Shown one piece after another: positions 1 through 21,139 of a stretch of DNA of 64,000 nucleotides. Origin of the DNA: the human T2T-CHM13v2.0 reference genome, Homo sapiens. The stretch is from NCBI RefSeq assembly GCF_009914755.1, contig NC_060939.1, one strand, 5' to 3'. Position numbers and translations under genes: made by a program. Numbering within the stretch: position 1 is the stretch's first letter; each line of letters starts with the position of its first letter. The notes under the pieces were generated by a model. It made no database searches. It had not been told where the DNA came from and saw only the letters and a program-made list of their open reading frames with translations.

Positions 1-540
1 TAAGAACAGAAGCACCTAATGCGTAGAATAGAGGCTGACACCAAAATCACCTAAATGTTGTCTGTGCCTCTAAGCTACAAAAAAAAAAAAAAAAAAAAAG
101 CAACAATAGAAAAACCCTTCAACATGGAATTACTATATCAAAAACCCTTCAATATGGAATTACTCATACTATAGGAATACACAAGGAATTTCCACTAATT
201 TCCAAATGTAGTCTATTTGGCAGAGGACACAATCAAAACTCTTAAAAAAAGGAGGAAGAAAAAAACTAAGAAGTAAAAGATAGCAGTAGATAATCACTTC
301 CTAAAATAAACATTTCTGTTTATATGTTTTCCCCCTCTGGAGTAAAACTCAGCTTCTTGCAAGAACTAGACTATCCCATTTTTAATGACCCTAAAATGTC
401 ATCTACTTATAAGAAGGGGAACTGAAAGTGAATGACACAACGTAAACCAGTCTGCTAAAGCTACGAATGGGACTCCGTTCTGCAGGAATGGCACACAACC
501 TCAACCCAAAGTGGGAAACAGCAGCTACTGTTGGTCTCAC

Positions 541-724
541 CCATGGCCACTGGTATGTCCGTCCAGTTCAGGGCACATTTCTGTGTGCAGATCCCTTCCT
601 CATTGAGTACCACGGTGAGATCATCCTGGCCCACAGCCACTTTTCCATCTGCCAGAGGTGCAACTAAGGGCTCCAGCTGTTTTCCTGTTGGAAAGAGCTC
701 TTTGATGGACCCCTTTCCATCCAC
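541..724 (-). CDS. VPS39: VPS39 exon 9 (VDGKGSIKELFPTGKQLEPLV...TDIPVAM)
   Basis: 184 nt; TAG acceptor; G|GTGAGA donor; matches ORF 461..724. Confidence 0.96.
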
Positions 725-914
725 CTATAGGAAGAAACAGAGTGAGTCACCTAGCATTCCCCAGCCAGAGGTAAGAACACAGGAAAAATCCAGATAGAAC
801 CCGAAACCTAGAGAAGCCAATAATATTCCTTGTTTGACATAAGAAAATGTTACAGAGTTTATTATAATAACCGTTGTTATCACAATGTAAAACCCGTTCT
901 CTAATGCAAAGGAA

Positions 915-1905
<991 letters not shown>

Positions 1906-2179
1906 TAAGTAATTTCTGAATAGCCTGGTCCTAAAGCAAGGTTTCCCACCCTGAAGGTGATGTCAGCATCCAAGGCAGTCAGAGAACTGAGAGCCTTAAG
2001 TCCAGCTTTTGCTCAGTTCCCTTATTCCTTGTGCGCTCTCTCACCATCTGTAGGCCTACTTGCTATTGAGTCAGTGGCACAGCAGTGACTCCTCCAGGAG
2101 TCTGCAACTCTGATGCTGATAAAATCAGGATATTCAAATGACACAAAGATGGAACAAATATATTAACAAGATAACAATG

Positions 2180-2542
<363 letters not shown>

Positions 2543-3294
2543 TTACAAGGGGTGTGAAGCTAAGAGATTTAGATTATTCAATGAAACGAACAGTGTGTCA
2601 ATCTTTTCTACATATAGTATGCATATTGGAGAAAAACAACGTCATGGATATTTACAACTTACGTTAAGAGAAAACACAGGTCATAAAACAATTGTATAGC
2701 ATAGTATTTTTACCAATAGGATGGAAGTTCATATACCAAGAAGTTGGCAGTGACTATTTCTGAGTGGGGGGACTATGGTTGATTTGCACTTCCTTTATCT
2801 CCTTATCTATATTTTCTGTAATAAACACGTGTAAAAACACGTGGCTTTTGAAATTTAAAAAAATAGTGAGAATCACTTTTAGTACAAACATACAAAAAGA
2901 TTTGACGGCAGGAGAGGAAACTCAAAGTCTTAAAAATACTTAAGTTTATACTAAAATTAGTTTAAAATTCCTAAGCACTGAAGCCTTAGGATAGCAGTCC
3001 ATGATGATCCACTGGACAGAGGCAAACAGCCTTCATTATCTGTCCCAATAGTAAAATACACACTGTGGATCATCATTACGTAAAGAACTGAGCGTTGACT
3101 CTTGGACTGACTTAAGTTACAAAGATATCCTATTTGTGAAAAATGCTGAGCATGAATGATAACTACACATACAAATAACAAATCCTGTTATGCCAAAAGC
3201 TCTACTTAAAGTGGTCGCTTGACCTGGAGTTTGGAGCAGATAATCATCTTCCCCAAGATAAACTAATGATATTTGCAAAATAATAAGATTTTAC

Positions 3295-3387
3295 CCTTAT
3301 TAGGTAGTAGTCTCTCTTGAAACCCACACAGATAGAATTTTCACACCACGCCATGGACTTGGGCACATCTGGCACACTAAAGTCCCC
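3295..3387 (-). CDS. VPS39: VPS39 exon 8 (GDFSVPDVPKSMAWCENSICVGFKRDYYLIR)
   Basis: 93 nt; ttttttcag acceptor; AGG|GTAAAA donor. Confidence 0.96.
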
Positions 3388-3781
3388 CTGAAAAAAGAGA
3401 GCAAGGATCTGAATGAAATAAATATTTTTTTAAAAAATCATGACTTTCCTGTTATTCTGCAACCTCCATTCTGCAAAACAACCCTCACCCTCATCGGGCA
3501 CAATTCTACAGGCACAAGGCCAGGAAACTACCCTTAATAAAAATACAAGTCCATGAACTGGACAAAGTACATTTGGAAAAGGTGAAAACCCACTTTGAAA
3601 TAAACCAATCTATAAAAACACTGTAGAATCATATTACAAGTAGGCATCAACAAGCTCTCATGCACTTCATACCAGAGTATTCATTTGCGTAGAATGACAA
3701 GACTGGAGTCCTGAACTTCACTAGAACCGAGCCACTGCAGCAGCTCCCACCCAACCATGGACCAAGGAACAGTGGACTTAC

Positions 3782-3880
3782 CTGCAATTCATGAAATTCC
3801 CTGTCCTTCCAGAAATAGAGCTGCAGCTTCTTTTTTACTGCCACACACATCCGTAACACCTCCTCACCGGTCTCTGTGTG
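3782..3880 (-). CDS. VPS39: VPS39 exon 7 (HTETGEEVLRMCVAVKKKLQLYFWKDREFHELQ)
   Basis: 99 nt; CAG acceptor; CAG|GTAAGT donor; overlaps ORF 3647..3859. Confidence 0.96.
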
Positions 3881-4710
3881 CTGGGAGGAGACATGCAGAG
3901 CAAATGAAAATACAATGACTCTCTCTAACTGAGTGATAACTAAATTAGAGATTGTCTACCTTGAAATTGCTACTACTCTGAAAATTCCCTGTAACACAGT
4001 CATCCTGCCAGGAAAGCTGAGCAGAACACCATTCTCTAAGATGCGCTAAGAAACAAGTGACTGAGGAACACTTCCTCCCGAAGGGTTGCCAGCCAAAGAC
4101 CACAGCACCAGCAAATCACATGGACATTCACAATTCAGAGGAGAAAATCCTGGGGCAGTCCTTCCCCTATATAACTCCTCCCTCCTTTTTGCTCTTAAAT
4201 GTTTCTTGCTCCTGGCTGTCAATGCATGCTGGGTTAAGGGTGACCATGTGCCAGTGACATCAAGCCCACTTTTAAGCCTTTAAAGAGCAAGGAAAAGAGT
4301 ATTCCTAAGCATAAAATGATGCAGTGTCAATGTAGAACATAAATGCTAAAAAATGGTAAGTTGAGTAGAGAGAGGGGTGAGGCAGATTCTGAAGAATAAA
4401 AGAATGATAAATTGGCAAAAATAAAGAGCGATATCTTTTCTGAACAATGAAAAGTCCCTAATGACAAAGACCTCAGTGATCTGTTTAGAACAAGACTCCA
4501 TTTAATGTCTTATAATTATCTTCATGATATTGTTACAGTCTTGCTTTCCCAACAATGGTTTGTCCAGGACGAGAGTTTTTGTCCTCGGTTAGCTGCCTCT
4601 TGCCAATAGTATTAGATTCTCATTAACCCACGCACAGGGAATGCAAACGCTTCAACTTCACACTATGCACCAACAGAGAAATTTCTCTAATACAATTAAA
4701 TATTCTCTTT

Positions 4711-6141
<1,431 letters not shown>

Positions 6142-7153
6142 TCCAAAGCACTCTTATACTCTGTCCATTTCAAGTCTGAAATATTATGATGCAGTATTTA
6201 TACAAGAAATGGCTTTCAAAGCTACTCACATTAGGAGGCTCCAATTAGAAAAGGGAAATCCCCTGTGCATTTTGTACTAACCCATGGCAATGATTTCTTT
6301 CCTAGCAAAGCAATCAAAATAATCATTTTACCTGGGCCTCATATCTAGTTTTAGTCATGAAGATTAAGTTACCTCAGATGTTTATCTGTGGACCCAGGAA
6401 CAACATTTAACATGATTTTACTCTTTGGGCCCCAGGGTCAACAGCGCAAAGTGTGAGATCAGCTGCTAGTCCCCTGCATGTCCAGAAAAGGCCTCACTGG
6501 CTGCTTTCTATGAAACCATGGTTTTTCACATGAGGGCCTCAACAGTGTAGCCCTGCTCTGTCTCTTACCTGATATCCTGCCAATCTCCACCACATATCCT
6601 TAGTCTGGCCACAATAAACAATTTGCCACAAACTGCCACATCTCAAGGCCTTTGTTCTAGTTGTTCCCTGTGTTTGTGATACGCTGCTGGCCTCTTTTCC
6701 TACTGAAAGTCTAGTTATCTACTAGACAATATAGTCCCTCCCATTACCAAGATTCCACAACACTTTTTATAAATTTTCACTGTAACTTACCACATTGTAT
6801 CGTGATTACTTCCTGTCATTTAGTCTTCATAATCAGAATGTAAGTCTCAAAGATAGCAACTATGTCTCACTGAACTTGGTATCCCGAATGTCTAGTCCAG
6901 ACTTTGCATAGAATAGGCTCAATAAATATTTGATCAATGAACGAATGAATGAATAAAGTGAGACTCCTTGGAGAGAAGAGTTCGAGTCTATGGAGGATGC
7001 TGCTGCCTTTATTAACCATGTACCCTGTTATACCAGGTTTGGAACACGTCAGTTCATTGTTAAGTAACCACTATCAAATTAACCATGAAAGGATTAATTA
7101 GGTCATATCTTTTCTTGTTAGACACAGGATACAAATGCAACTCCTTTTCTTAC

Positions 7154-7196
7154 CTAACAAGCTGACCAGAATCTTAAACTGGGAAACCACATGGAT
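7154..7196 (-). CDS. VPS39: VPS39 exon 5 (IHVVSQFKILVSLL)
   Basis: 43 nt; CAG acceptor; AG|GTAAGA donor. Confidence 0.95.
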
Positions 7197-7524
7197 CTGG
7201 AAAATAGGAAATCATGAGACCCAATTAAACATTTCTGACAAGGTTTAGCAAATGTTCATTCAATAACAGTAATAAAAAGGGACCACGGAGCCTATCCAGT
7301 TACAGGGATCTCACTGATTTTTCTGGGCACTATAATTTCTGTGATTATCATTTCTGCTTGTGAGAGAGGATCTCAGGCACATGATATATGAGCAGACACT
7401 CCTGCATAAATAGAAGGTCAAAGAGAAGAGGATTCAGAGTTAATAAATAACATTACCAAAGTTCTAGTCTGACAGGGTCTCATGTAAGTCAAATATTCTT
7501 GTAAGGACTGCCATCACTGCTTAC

Positions 7525-7589
7525 CTGCTGAATCTTTTTGGAGAAGTTCTTATTGGATTTCTCTAGTGTCACTTCAAATCTGTTGCAAC
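7525..7589 (-). CDS. VPS39: VPS39 exon 4 (CNRFEVTLEKSNKNFSKKIQQ)
   Basis: 65 nt; TAG acceptor; CAG|GTAAGC donor; in phase. Confidence 0.96.
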
Positions 7590-8094
7590 CTATGGAAAAC
7601 AAATAAACACTGGTAGTTCCAAATACAGGGATACATAGAAAAACCACTACTAGAAAAATACTGCTCCATACTGCTCTCCTATATAAATCTTTGGAAGTTC
7701 CTGAAAGACTAAAAATCAGAGATCTAAATAGCCAGCTCTCTTACAAGCACTATAAGATGCTTTCAACTCTAATTTTAGAGCAGAGCGTTTCATGCACCTT
7801 CACTCGGCATCAGCAGAAAGGATCACACAAAGTTCACTGAAGCGGCAAGGTACTCGTGAGTCTGAAGATCTTATCTTGCAAAATCAGTACCTTGGCAAAG
7901 TGTTCCACAAGGAAGGGTGTAAAAAGTAACAGTCAAATATAAGAGCCCAAGCCATGAAACCCAGCCCAAAGCATCCTTAGATCTAGACCAACTAATTTCC
8001 AGCAACTATTCTAACTAAGTTCTGTATCACGGAGACAGAGCAAACACTCAAACCCATCTCCAGAGCTAAAGCAATTCAATGCGTCTACACTTAC

Positions 8095-8127
8095 TGCCGC
8101 TTTCAGGTGATGCTACATCTGCTGGCA
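8095..8127 (-). CDS. VPS39: VPS39 exon 3, 33-nt cassette microexon (VPADVASPESGS)
   Basis: ttttttgtaacag|TGCCAGCAGAT...GGCA|gtaagt; symmetric phase 1-1; matches the 11-aa insert I recall in the long VPS39 isoform. Confidence 0.92.
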
Positions 8128-8789
8128 CTGTTACAAAAAAGGGGAAGAAAGTTATATACCATAAAAACATGTGAATTCAGCCTTGCTGGGGATGACAAAA
8201 ATATTCAGCCTCAAAAGTCACCAATGAGTCAAAAAGAGAATAATTATCATCATCATCATCAGAGCAGCTATCATGAAGCAATAACTACATACTGGGTTCG
8301 GGGTTTAAAAATTTATATATATTTTTTTCTGTAAACTCACAACTACTCCCAAGAAGTAGGTATTATTATTCCAAGCTCATATTTGAGGGGCATGAGGGGT
8401 AAAGCAGTTAGGTAACAGCCAGTGAGGGAGCCTACAAGCAAACCCAGGCTGACTCTAAAGCCTGTGCTCTGAACCCACGCCCTGCTACCTGCCTTCTACT
8501 TCATGGACAGGATGCTCGCACTGCTGACCTGAGTTGTTCCCCACAGCTAGCTCTGCCCTTGCCCTCTGGAAATCAGGGAGACTCTTTGGGGCAGCCATAA
8601 GAACTCATGCCACCAAAGCTGGTCTTACTTCTTCCATGTGTCCCTCAGCAGAGGGGATGAAGAAAGGGCCCTAAAGTTGCAGGGAGTGTGCCCTGGTATT
8701 CTGCTGTTACATTTCATGAGAAAAAAAAACAATTCAGACACTTCCTACACTTGAAAGCGTCCTATTATTGCATTTAATACTTCTCTTTT

Positions 8790-9136
<347 letters not shown>

Positions 9137-9141
9137 TAAGG

Positions 9142-11091
<1,950 letters not shown>

Positions 11092-11171
11092 TCTAGGATG
11101 ACAGCATGACTGAAATAAACCTAGAGTTGTAAAGGCCTCAGACATGAACAAATCTAAGCCCTCTCAGTTCA

Positions 11172-11381
<210 letters not shown>

Positions 11382-11389
11382 TCACTTGA

Positions 11390-13616
<2,227 letters not shown>

Positions 13617-14385
13617 CTATTGAGGAATGTTTATACTCATATTTTAGAATCAACCAGTTAAAAACACATTTATTGAATAATTACTAGGCTAGACATATCA
13701 GAGGATAAAAATGTCACTGGCTCAACTGAGCTCCAGGGAAATGACTCAGATCAGATCAGAGCCTACGATCCCTACCCCTAGTCTTTTCTTGACCCTATTA
13801 TCCCCTCCCTTTCCTCAGAAAGACAGTCTACCCAAAGACCTATTTAGGCTTGAAATATCTCAAATCTGGAAACCAAATTAACCCTAGAACTAATTCACAC
13901 GGGCCCAGGTCTATTTCTGGCCCACATCAGGCCAGATCTGGGCCAGAACTAAACTGTTCACCAAGAGTATAGGGAAAAATGGCATTTCTTGAAGAAAAGT
14001 TTCAAATCAGAATTTGATTTCCTAATTGTCTATATTTAATCTACCTATGGCGAAACCAAGGCCCAGGAACATTAACTAATTTGTCAAAGGTGACATGATA
14101 AAATGATCATAGGGCAAGGAATAGTCGCCACCAGGGTTCCAAGCCAGATTAACACTAATATTACCAGTTCAGGTCTATACTGTGTTGAGACTTCATTTAT
14201 AAAGTCTTGTTTTCAATTTCTGATCACCACTTACATGTGAAAGCAAAGCAGAGAGTCAAAAAACAATTGTTGAATGCTGAATAAGATAAGCATTTTTAGC
14301 TTTAAAATTAAAATGTGAGCTTAATTTTAAAATTATAGACCAGGCAAATATCACAGAACGCAAATATTTTGGCTCCGAGAACTAA

Positions 14386-14553
<168 letters not shown>

Positions 14554-14715
14554 TAGACAGGGTGTTGCCATGTTGCCCAGGCTGGCCTCGAACTCCTGGC
14601 CTCAATCATTCCTCCTACTTCAGTCTCCCAAAGTGCTGGGATTATAGGCATGAGCCACTTCACAGGCCATGAGAATTAAAAATTTAAAACATTAAAACAA
14701 AGATCAACAATGTAC

Positions 14716-14906
14716 TGCTCCAGGGCCTAACTGAGGCCTTTGCATGTTTTTGTAAATAAAGTTTTATTGGAACATAGCCATACCTATTCATTACATATTG
14801 CCTACAGCTGCTTTCATGTTACAAAGGCAGAGTTAAGTAGTAACAACACTGCAAAGCCTAAAATATTTATTCTTTGGACCTTTTCAGAACAAGTTTGCTG
14901 ACCCTG
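14716..14906. mobile_element. MER58A-like element (similar copy at ~56975-57172)
   Basis: aataaagttttattggaacatagcca core; gtttgctgaccctg end. Confidence 0.7.
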
Positions 14907-15598
14907 ATTTAGAGGACAGTTGAAAAACTTAGAAATGAAATAAATTATCTATTTTGTTCTCTGGTTTCTTTTCTTACCCTGCTGCAGAAACTGACCAGGA
15001 TATCTTCTCTTTCCCGAGTGCACTAGTAAGGTGCTTTTTCCCCCAGTGTTACCCTTGCTCCAGGTTCCACAAGAGAGCTCTATTTATCTTAAGCTATCTC
15101 TTAAGCTATTTACCAGAGAAATATATATTATATTGAAGGGTATGAAATTAACTGCAGATTTCTGTAGAGTGGCTCCAGGGCATAATACCTAAACACATCT
15201 ATTCTCCATAAAGAGAGCACAGAAACGAAAACAAGGAAGGGCAGTGAGGTACTTTCTGCCCCAATAAAAAACACTCTTTAACAGAATACATTTCAAATAC
15301 TTTAGTTATTACTCTACATTACTGACAGTCACATTTGATTAGAACTTTAGTTTTCACAGTTTCTTCGAGCCTATTATTGCATCCACCCCAACAACTTTGT
15401 GGGGCAGAGAGTTTATAGAAAACTGATGTTGGAAAGAACTTGCTCACGGTCACGCAGCCAGGGGGAAGTGCACATGAAGGCAAACCCTGGTCCTCTCTTC
15501 TTGTTCTACCCCTCATAAGCCAACAAGATATTTTAAATCGATGTTGCCTAATTTTTTTTCCTACCACCACACCATATATACAGGAAGCTTATGCCCAT

Positions 15599-15695
15599 TA
15601 GTAGTATTTCTTATTATTGGTAGTGAGTCTCAAAGAAAAGAGGAGGAAAACAACCACCTCCTCTTTTCTTAGAGACTCACTACCAGTAATAAGTA
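15599..15695 (-). ncRNA. MIR627: pre-miR-627 hairpin (5p arm 15659-15680, 3p arm 15622-15641), in VPS39 intron 2
   Basis: Near-perfect ~38-bp stem; minus strand contains GTGAGTCTCTAAGAAAAGAGGA, which I recognise as hsa-miR-627-5p. Confidence 0.9.
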
Positions 15696-15924
15696 ATTCA
15701 GTAATAAGTAAACCAGCAATTCATCCTCACCTCCCAAATGCAGGTAGGGCAATACAATTTGGAGGAGAAAAACCCTAGGCATTCTCAAGTCTTCTCCCCA
15801 TTTTCCCACCGTGCTCCCTCTAACCTTCAATCTCTCTTTTAATGGTCCAGGAATAACTGATTTCACAGTTGTATACTAGCTGACTATTAAAACTTATTTT
15901 TTTGCATGAGCAATGTGCACTTAC

Positions 15925-15990
15925 CAACGTCCTTCCGAATCCTATAGAGAAGAAGATGTCCTTGTTTGGTTCCCACAAGAAGCCATTCCT
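15925..15990 (-). CDS. VPS39: VPS39 exon 2 (EEWLLVGTKQGHLLLYRIRKDV)
   Basis: 66 nt; long T tract + CAG acceptor; donor GTAAGT; phase 1-1. Confidence 0.96.
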
Positions 15991-15993
15991 CTG

Positions 15994-16026
<33 letters not shown>

Positions 16027-16577
16027 AAAAACCAGCTTTGAGAAAGGTCAATCAGCTTGAGTATAACCCTATTTTTTTAGCTGGGGCTTGTAATCAGAAA
16101 TCAATGTGTCAAGAAAATGAGTTGCTTTTGATAGGAGGTGTTTTGCAAAGCTAAGAAATGTTTATACTCATGTTTGAAAATCAACCATTTAAAAACACAT
16201 TTATTGAATAATTACTAGGCTAGACATATCAGAGGATAAAAATGTCCTGGCTCAATTGTTTTAATGTTAAACTAATAAAAAAGATAGAAGGGCTTTGTAT
16301 TTTTAAGATTAAATTATTATGATTTTTATTTTTTGTTATATATACTTTTATTAAGATATATATCTTCAGATATATATTTTTAAATTCTGCTAAAAAGAAT
16401 ATGATGAAAGTTTATAAAATCACAAAATGGAAGTACAAATGTGAAACCAGGTATCCAACCTCAGCAATAATAGCTAAGAGGCATCCTTTAAATGCTTTTA
16501 CTTTCAGGAAAATAAATGACGTAACATAATAAGCTTACAGAATTCATTATCTCAAAAGATAGTCTAGTAGAAAATAT

Positions 16578-17200
16578 TTAATAACAAGTGTTGATGAGAA
16601 TATAAAGAAATTAGAATCCTCATACACTGCTGGCAGGAATGTAAAATGGGAGAGCCACTTTGGAAAAGTCTAGCAGCTCCTCAAAAGGCTAAACAGAGTT
16701 ACCCTGGGACCCAGCAATTCCACTCCTGGTTACACACCCAACAGAAATGAAAACATATTCTACACAAAAACTTGTACACAAATGTTCACAGCAGTATTAT
16801 CTGTAATAGCTAAAAGATGGAAACAAACCAAATGTCCACCAACTGATGAACGGATAAACAAAATGTGGCATGTCTATATAACGGAATATTAGCTAACAAT
16901 GAAAAGAAAGGAAGTATGGATATATGCTACAACACAGATGAACCTAAAAACATGATGCTAACTGAAGGAAGCCAGACAAAAGGCCACGTGATTCCATTTA
17001 TATGAAATGTCCAGAGTAGGCAAATCCACAGAGGTAGAAAGATTAGCGGTTGCCCAGGGCTGGTGGGCTTGGGGGAAAATAGAAAGTAAATACTAATGGG
17101 TACTGAGTTTCTTCTGAAAGTGATGAATATGTTCTAAAATTTATTGTGCTGATAGTTGCATAACTCTGTGAATGTACTAAAAACCATTTAATTGTACACT
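16578..17200 (+). mobile_element. L1MB-type 3' fragment
   Basis: Typical L1M 3' motifs (gacccagcaattccactcc, aaatgtccaccaactgatgaacggataaac). Confidence 0.75.
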
Positions 17201-17532
17201 TTTTTTTAACTTTTATTTTTTTAAGATAGGGTTCTACTCTGTTGCCCAGGCTAGAGAGCAGTGGTGTGATCATGGCTCATTGCAGCCTCCACCTCCCTAG
17301 CTCAAGTGATCCTCCCACCTCAGCCTCCTGAGTGGCGAGAAATACAGGCATGCACCACCACGTTCAGCTATTTTTTAAAAAATGTTTATAGAGATGAGGG
17401 CTCACAATATTGCCCAATCTGGTCTCCAACTCTTGACCGCAAGCAATGCCCCTTCAGCTTCCCAAAGTGTTGGGATTACAGGGGTGAGCGACTGTGCCCA
17501 GCCAAATTGTACATTTTAAAAGATGGTCTAGG

Positions 17533-17720
17533 CTAGTGGTTCTTAAACTTTAGTGTATCACAATTATTTGAGAGTTTGTTAAAATACAGAATGCTAGGCT
17601 CTACCCCGGAGCATCTGATTTAGTAGGTTTAAAAGTAGGCCCAGGAATTTTCATTTCTAACAACTTCCCAGATGATGCTGATGCTGGTGGTTCAAGGACC
17701 ACATTTTGGGAGGCACTGGT
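17533..17720. mobile_element. MER5A-like element
   Basis: gtggttcttaaacttt...ggaccacattttg...cactg termini. Confidence 0.7.
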
Positions 17721-19108
17721 CTAGGTAAAAAGAGGCTCAGAAAGAGTTTAAATAATTACCCTGACAGACCCATATTACATCATTCAAGGAAGGTAAGCAT
17801 GTACAGATACTTCCTTAGCTTTTTGATAACATAAAGGTCACTCATTCCTTTCATAAACTCTCTTGATTCTTGACCTCTGTAAAATAAAATCTTGGATAAT
17901 GGTACAAATAGATAACTTTTATTGAGCATGTATTGTGTTCCAGGAAATGCTAAACGCATCTGTTATTTCACTAATCCTCACAACTATCCCTTGAAGTAAG
18001 TCCTTTTTTCAAATCCCCATTTTATAGATGAGGAAGTTGAGGCCTAGGGAATATATAACTTTTCCAGAGTCACACATGTGGCAAGCAGCAGAGTTGGGAT
18101 CCCAACCCCAATTTGTCTTGATTCCCAACCACATGCTGTGATGTACTTACTAAGGCACCCATGTCAAAAAAAATGGGTGTCAGCCAAAGGTTGTCTGAAT
18201 GGCAGTAGTTATATTTATAAAAACAGGTCAGCACCTACATTCCTTATCCAAAGGATCAATAGTATTTCTCCAGGATGATGTTCTTAGTCATCCAGAAAAA
18301 CAGAGTGATTCTATTTTCTTTGATTTGGGGTCTTAAAGGAAAGGCAGGTCACACACAAAAAAAATGTTGAAATCAGAAATAACAGCAGCTCTAATGAAGG
18401 CTGGAGATTTATGCTGCAGCAGAACATGAAAAAATAAAAGAATTCATTTTGCAATATTTGTTTTGTAAAAGATACTATATTTAGAACTTTATAGATATCA
18501 TGATATCAAGCAATTTAGCAATATTAAAGTTGATTTTTAGGCCACCCACTGATATTTCAGATATAAATAAAATGAAGTGGAAATTTTTTAAAAATCCACT
18601 CATAACATACATAAAAATCTACAACCAAAACAAAAGGCCAACATAATGTTCATCATCTTCCCCATCCTTCTCTCTCCACTCTGTCCCCCAAATCCCTGCC
18701 AGTTCCTGCTTTTCTTTATCTTTTTTAATAGCCTCAGCTTCCTCCCAAGTCGGCCAGGGTCTATCAATTCTACCTGTAATGGTACCTCATGACAGCCTCC
18801 TCCTATAGAGTCTCTCTGGGGACCCCTGTGACACCTTCAACTGGTCTCATTCACTCCATGCATTCTCTCGCATTTGCTGTCAGTTATCTTAGAGCAGATC
18901 TCTGATGCTGTCACACTGGGGCTTAAAAAATCCTGTGAAGCTACACTACCAAAATATGAAGTCAAATTCCTAAACATGACATTCAAGAGTCTATTTTCCA
19001 TTTTTATTGAAATGTTTCTTGCCAATAGATTTTTTAATTTACTTTTTTTTTTTCTTGTGAACCCAAACTAAGACATGACAAAACATTTTAAAAAGTCAAA
19101 TGTCTAGG

Positions 19109-19695
<587 letters not shown>

Positions 19696-20396
19696 AAAAT
19701 GTCTATTCTACTGGTCATAAAAGGGAATCAATCCGATGGATTAAATTCTCTGTAAACTTTTAAATCAACCTGATTGATTACATGTGCCATTAGCCAGAGG
19801 ACCTGTCCCATGTTGGGTCCTCCACTCTCTAGGACACGTTATTTAACAAAGCTGTGCATGCACAACACAGAGGATGACAAGCCTGCAGAGCACGCGCAGC
19901 ATGGGATGGACAGTGCCTTCTGAGACTCAATACAGTAACACACAACAGAAAGTGAGACATACTAAGCAAACACAAAACGCACACATAAGCAAAGCAGTAT
20001 CAGCCCTAAAAAACTCCTGACGGCCTAACCCTGAGCCACAAGGTTGGACTTAATTCCTCCTGAGAAGGAGGGCTAGGCCCTATTGCTCATAATTACCCTA
20101 ATGGAGCTCCTTCCAACAGTGCAATGCAGTCCAACTTCATGTAATAAATTCCATTTCTGGCCCAATGCTGGCCACTGCAGGGACCACAAAGATAAGTAAG
20201 ATAGTAGTCACTTCCCTTCGTTGGGTAACATGGCAAATAACAGTACTTCTCATCTGGGCATAAGCCCCCAATTAGCTGCATTAGAATCACCTGGACTTAT
20301 TAAAAATGCACATTCCTGGGCCCTGCACATGGAGATTCAGATTCAATGGCTTTGAAGTGGTACCCTGAAATTTACATTTTAAAATTTAATCTTGTT

Positions 20397-20737
<341 letters not shown>

Positions 20738-21139
20738 TTATGAAACATTCATGTAGTTCCAAAGCTAAAACGACGAAAAGTCTAGTTTCTATCATTGTCC
20801 ATTTTATCCTCTCTTCTCCCTTCTGCTATGGGCATCATTTTAGTAATTTTTGACTTATCTTTCCATTGTTTCTCTGGAAAATATAGGTATGTATGTATAT
20901 ATAGACATACAGATACTCATATATACATGTGAAGTCTGCATTTTTTACAGGCTTTGAATATACATTCAAGTTTGAGAACCAGGCTCTAGAAGCAGACATG
21001 ATTTACAGGACATGTGACCTTGGAAAAATTTCTTAAATTTTCTAAGCCTTAGGTCTTTCTTCTGTAAAATGGAGTCTTATTTTATAAAAGCCTAATACAG
21101 ATTAGCATTTAACAACTGCAAGCTATTACTATTCATATT

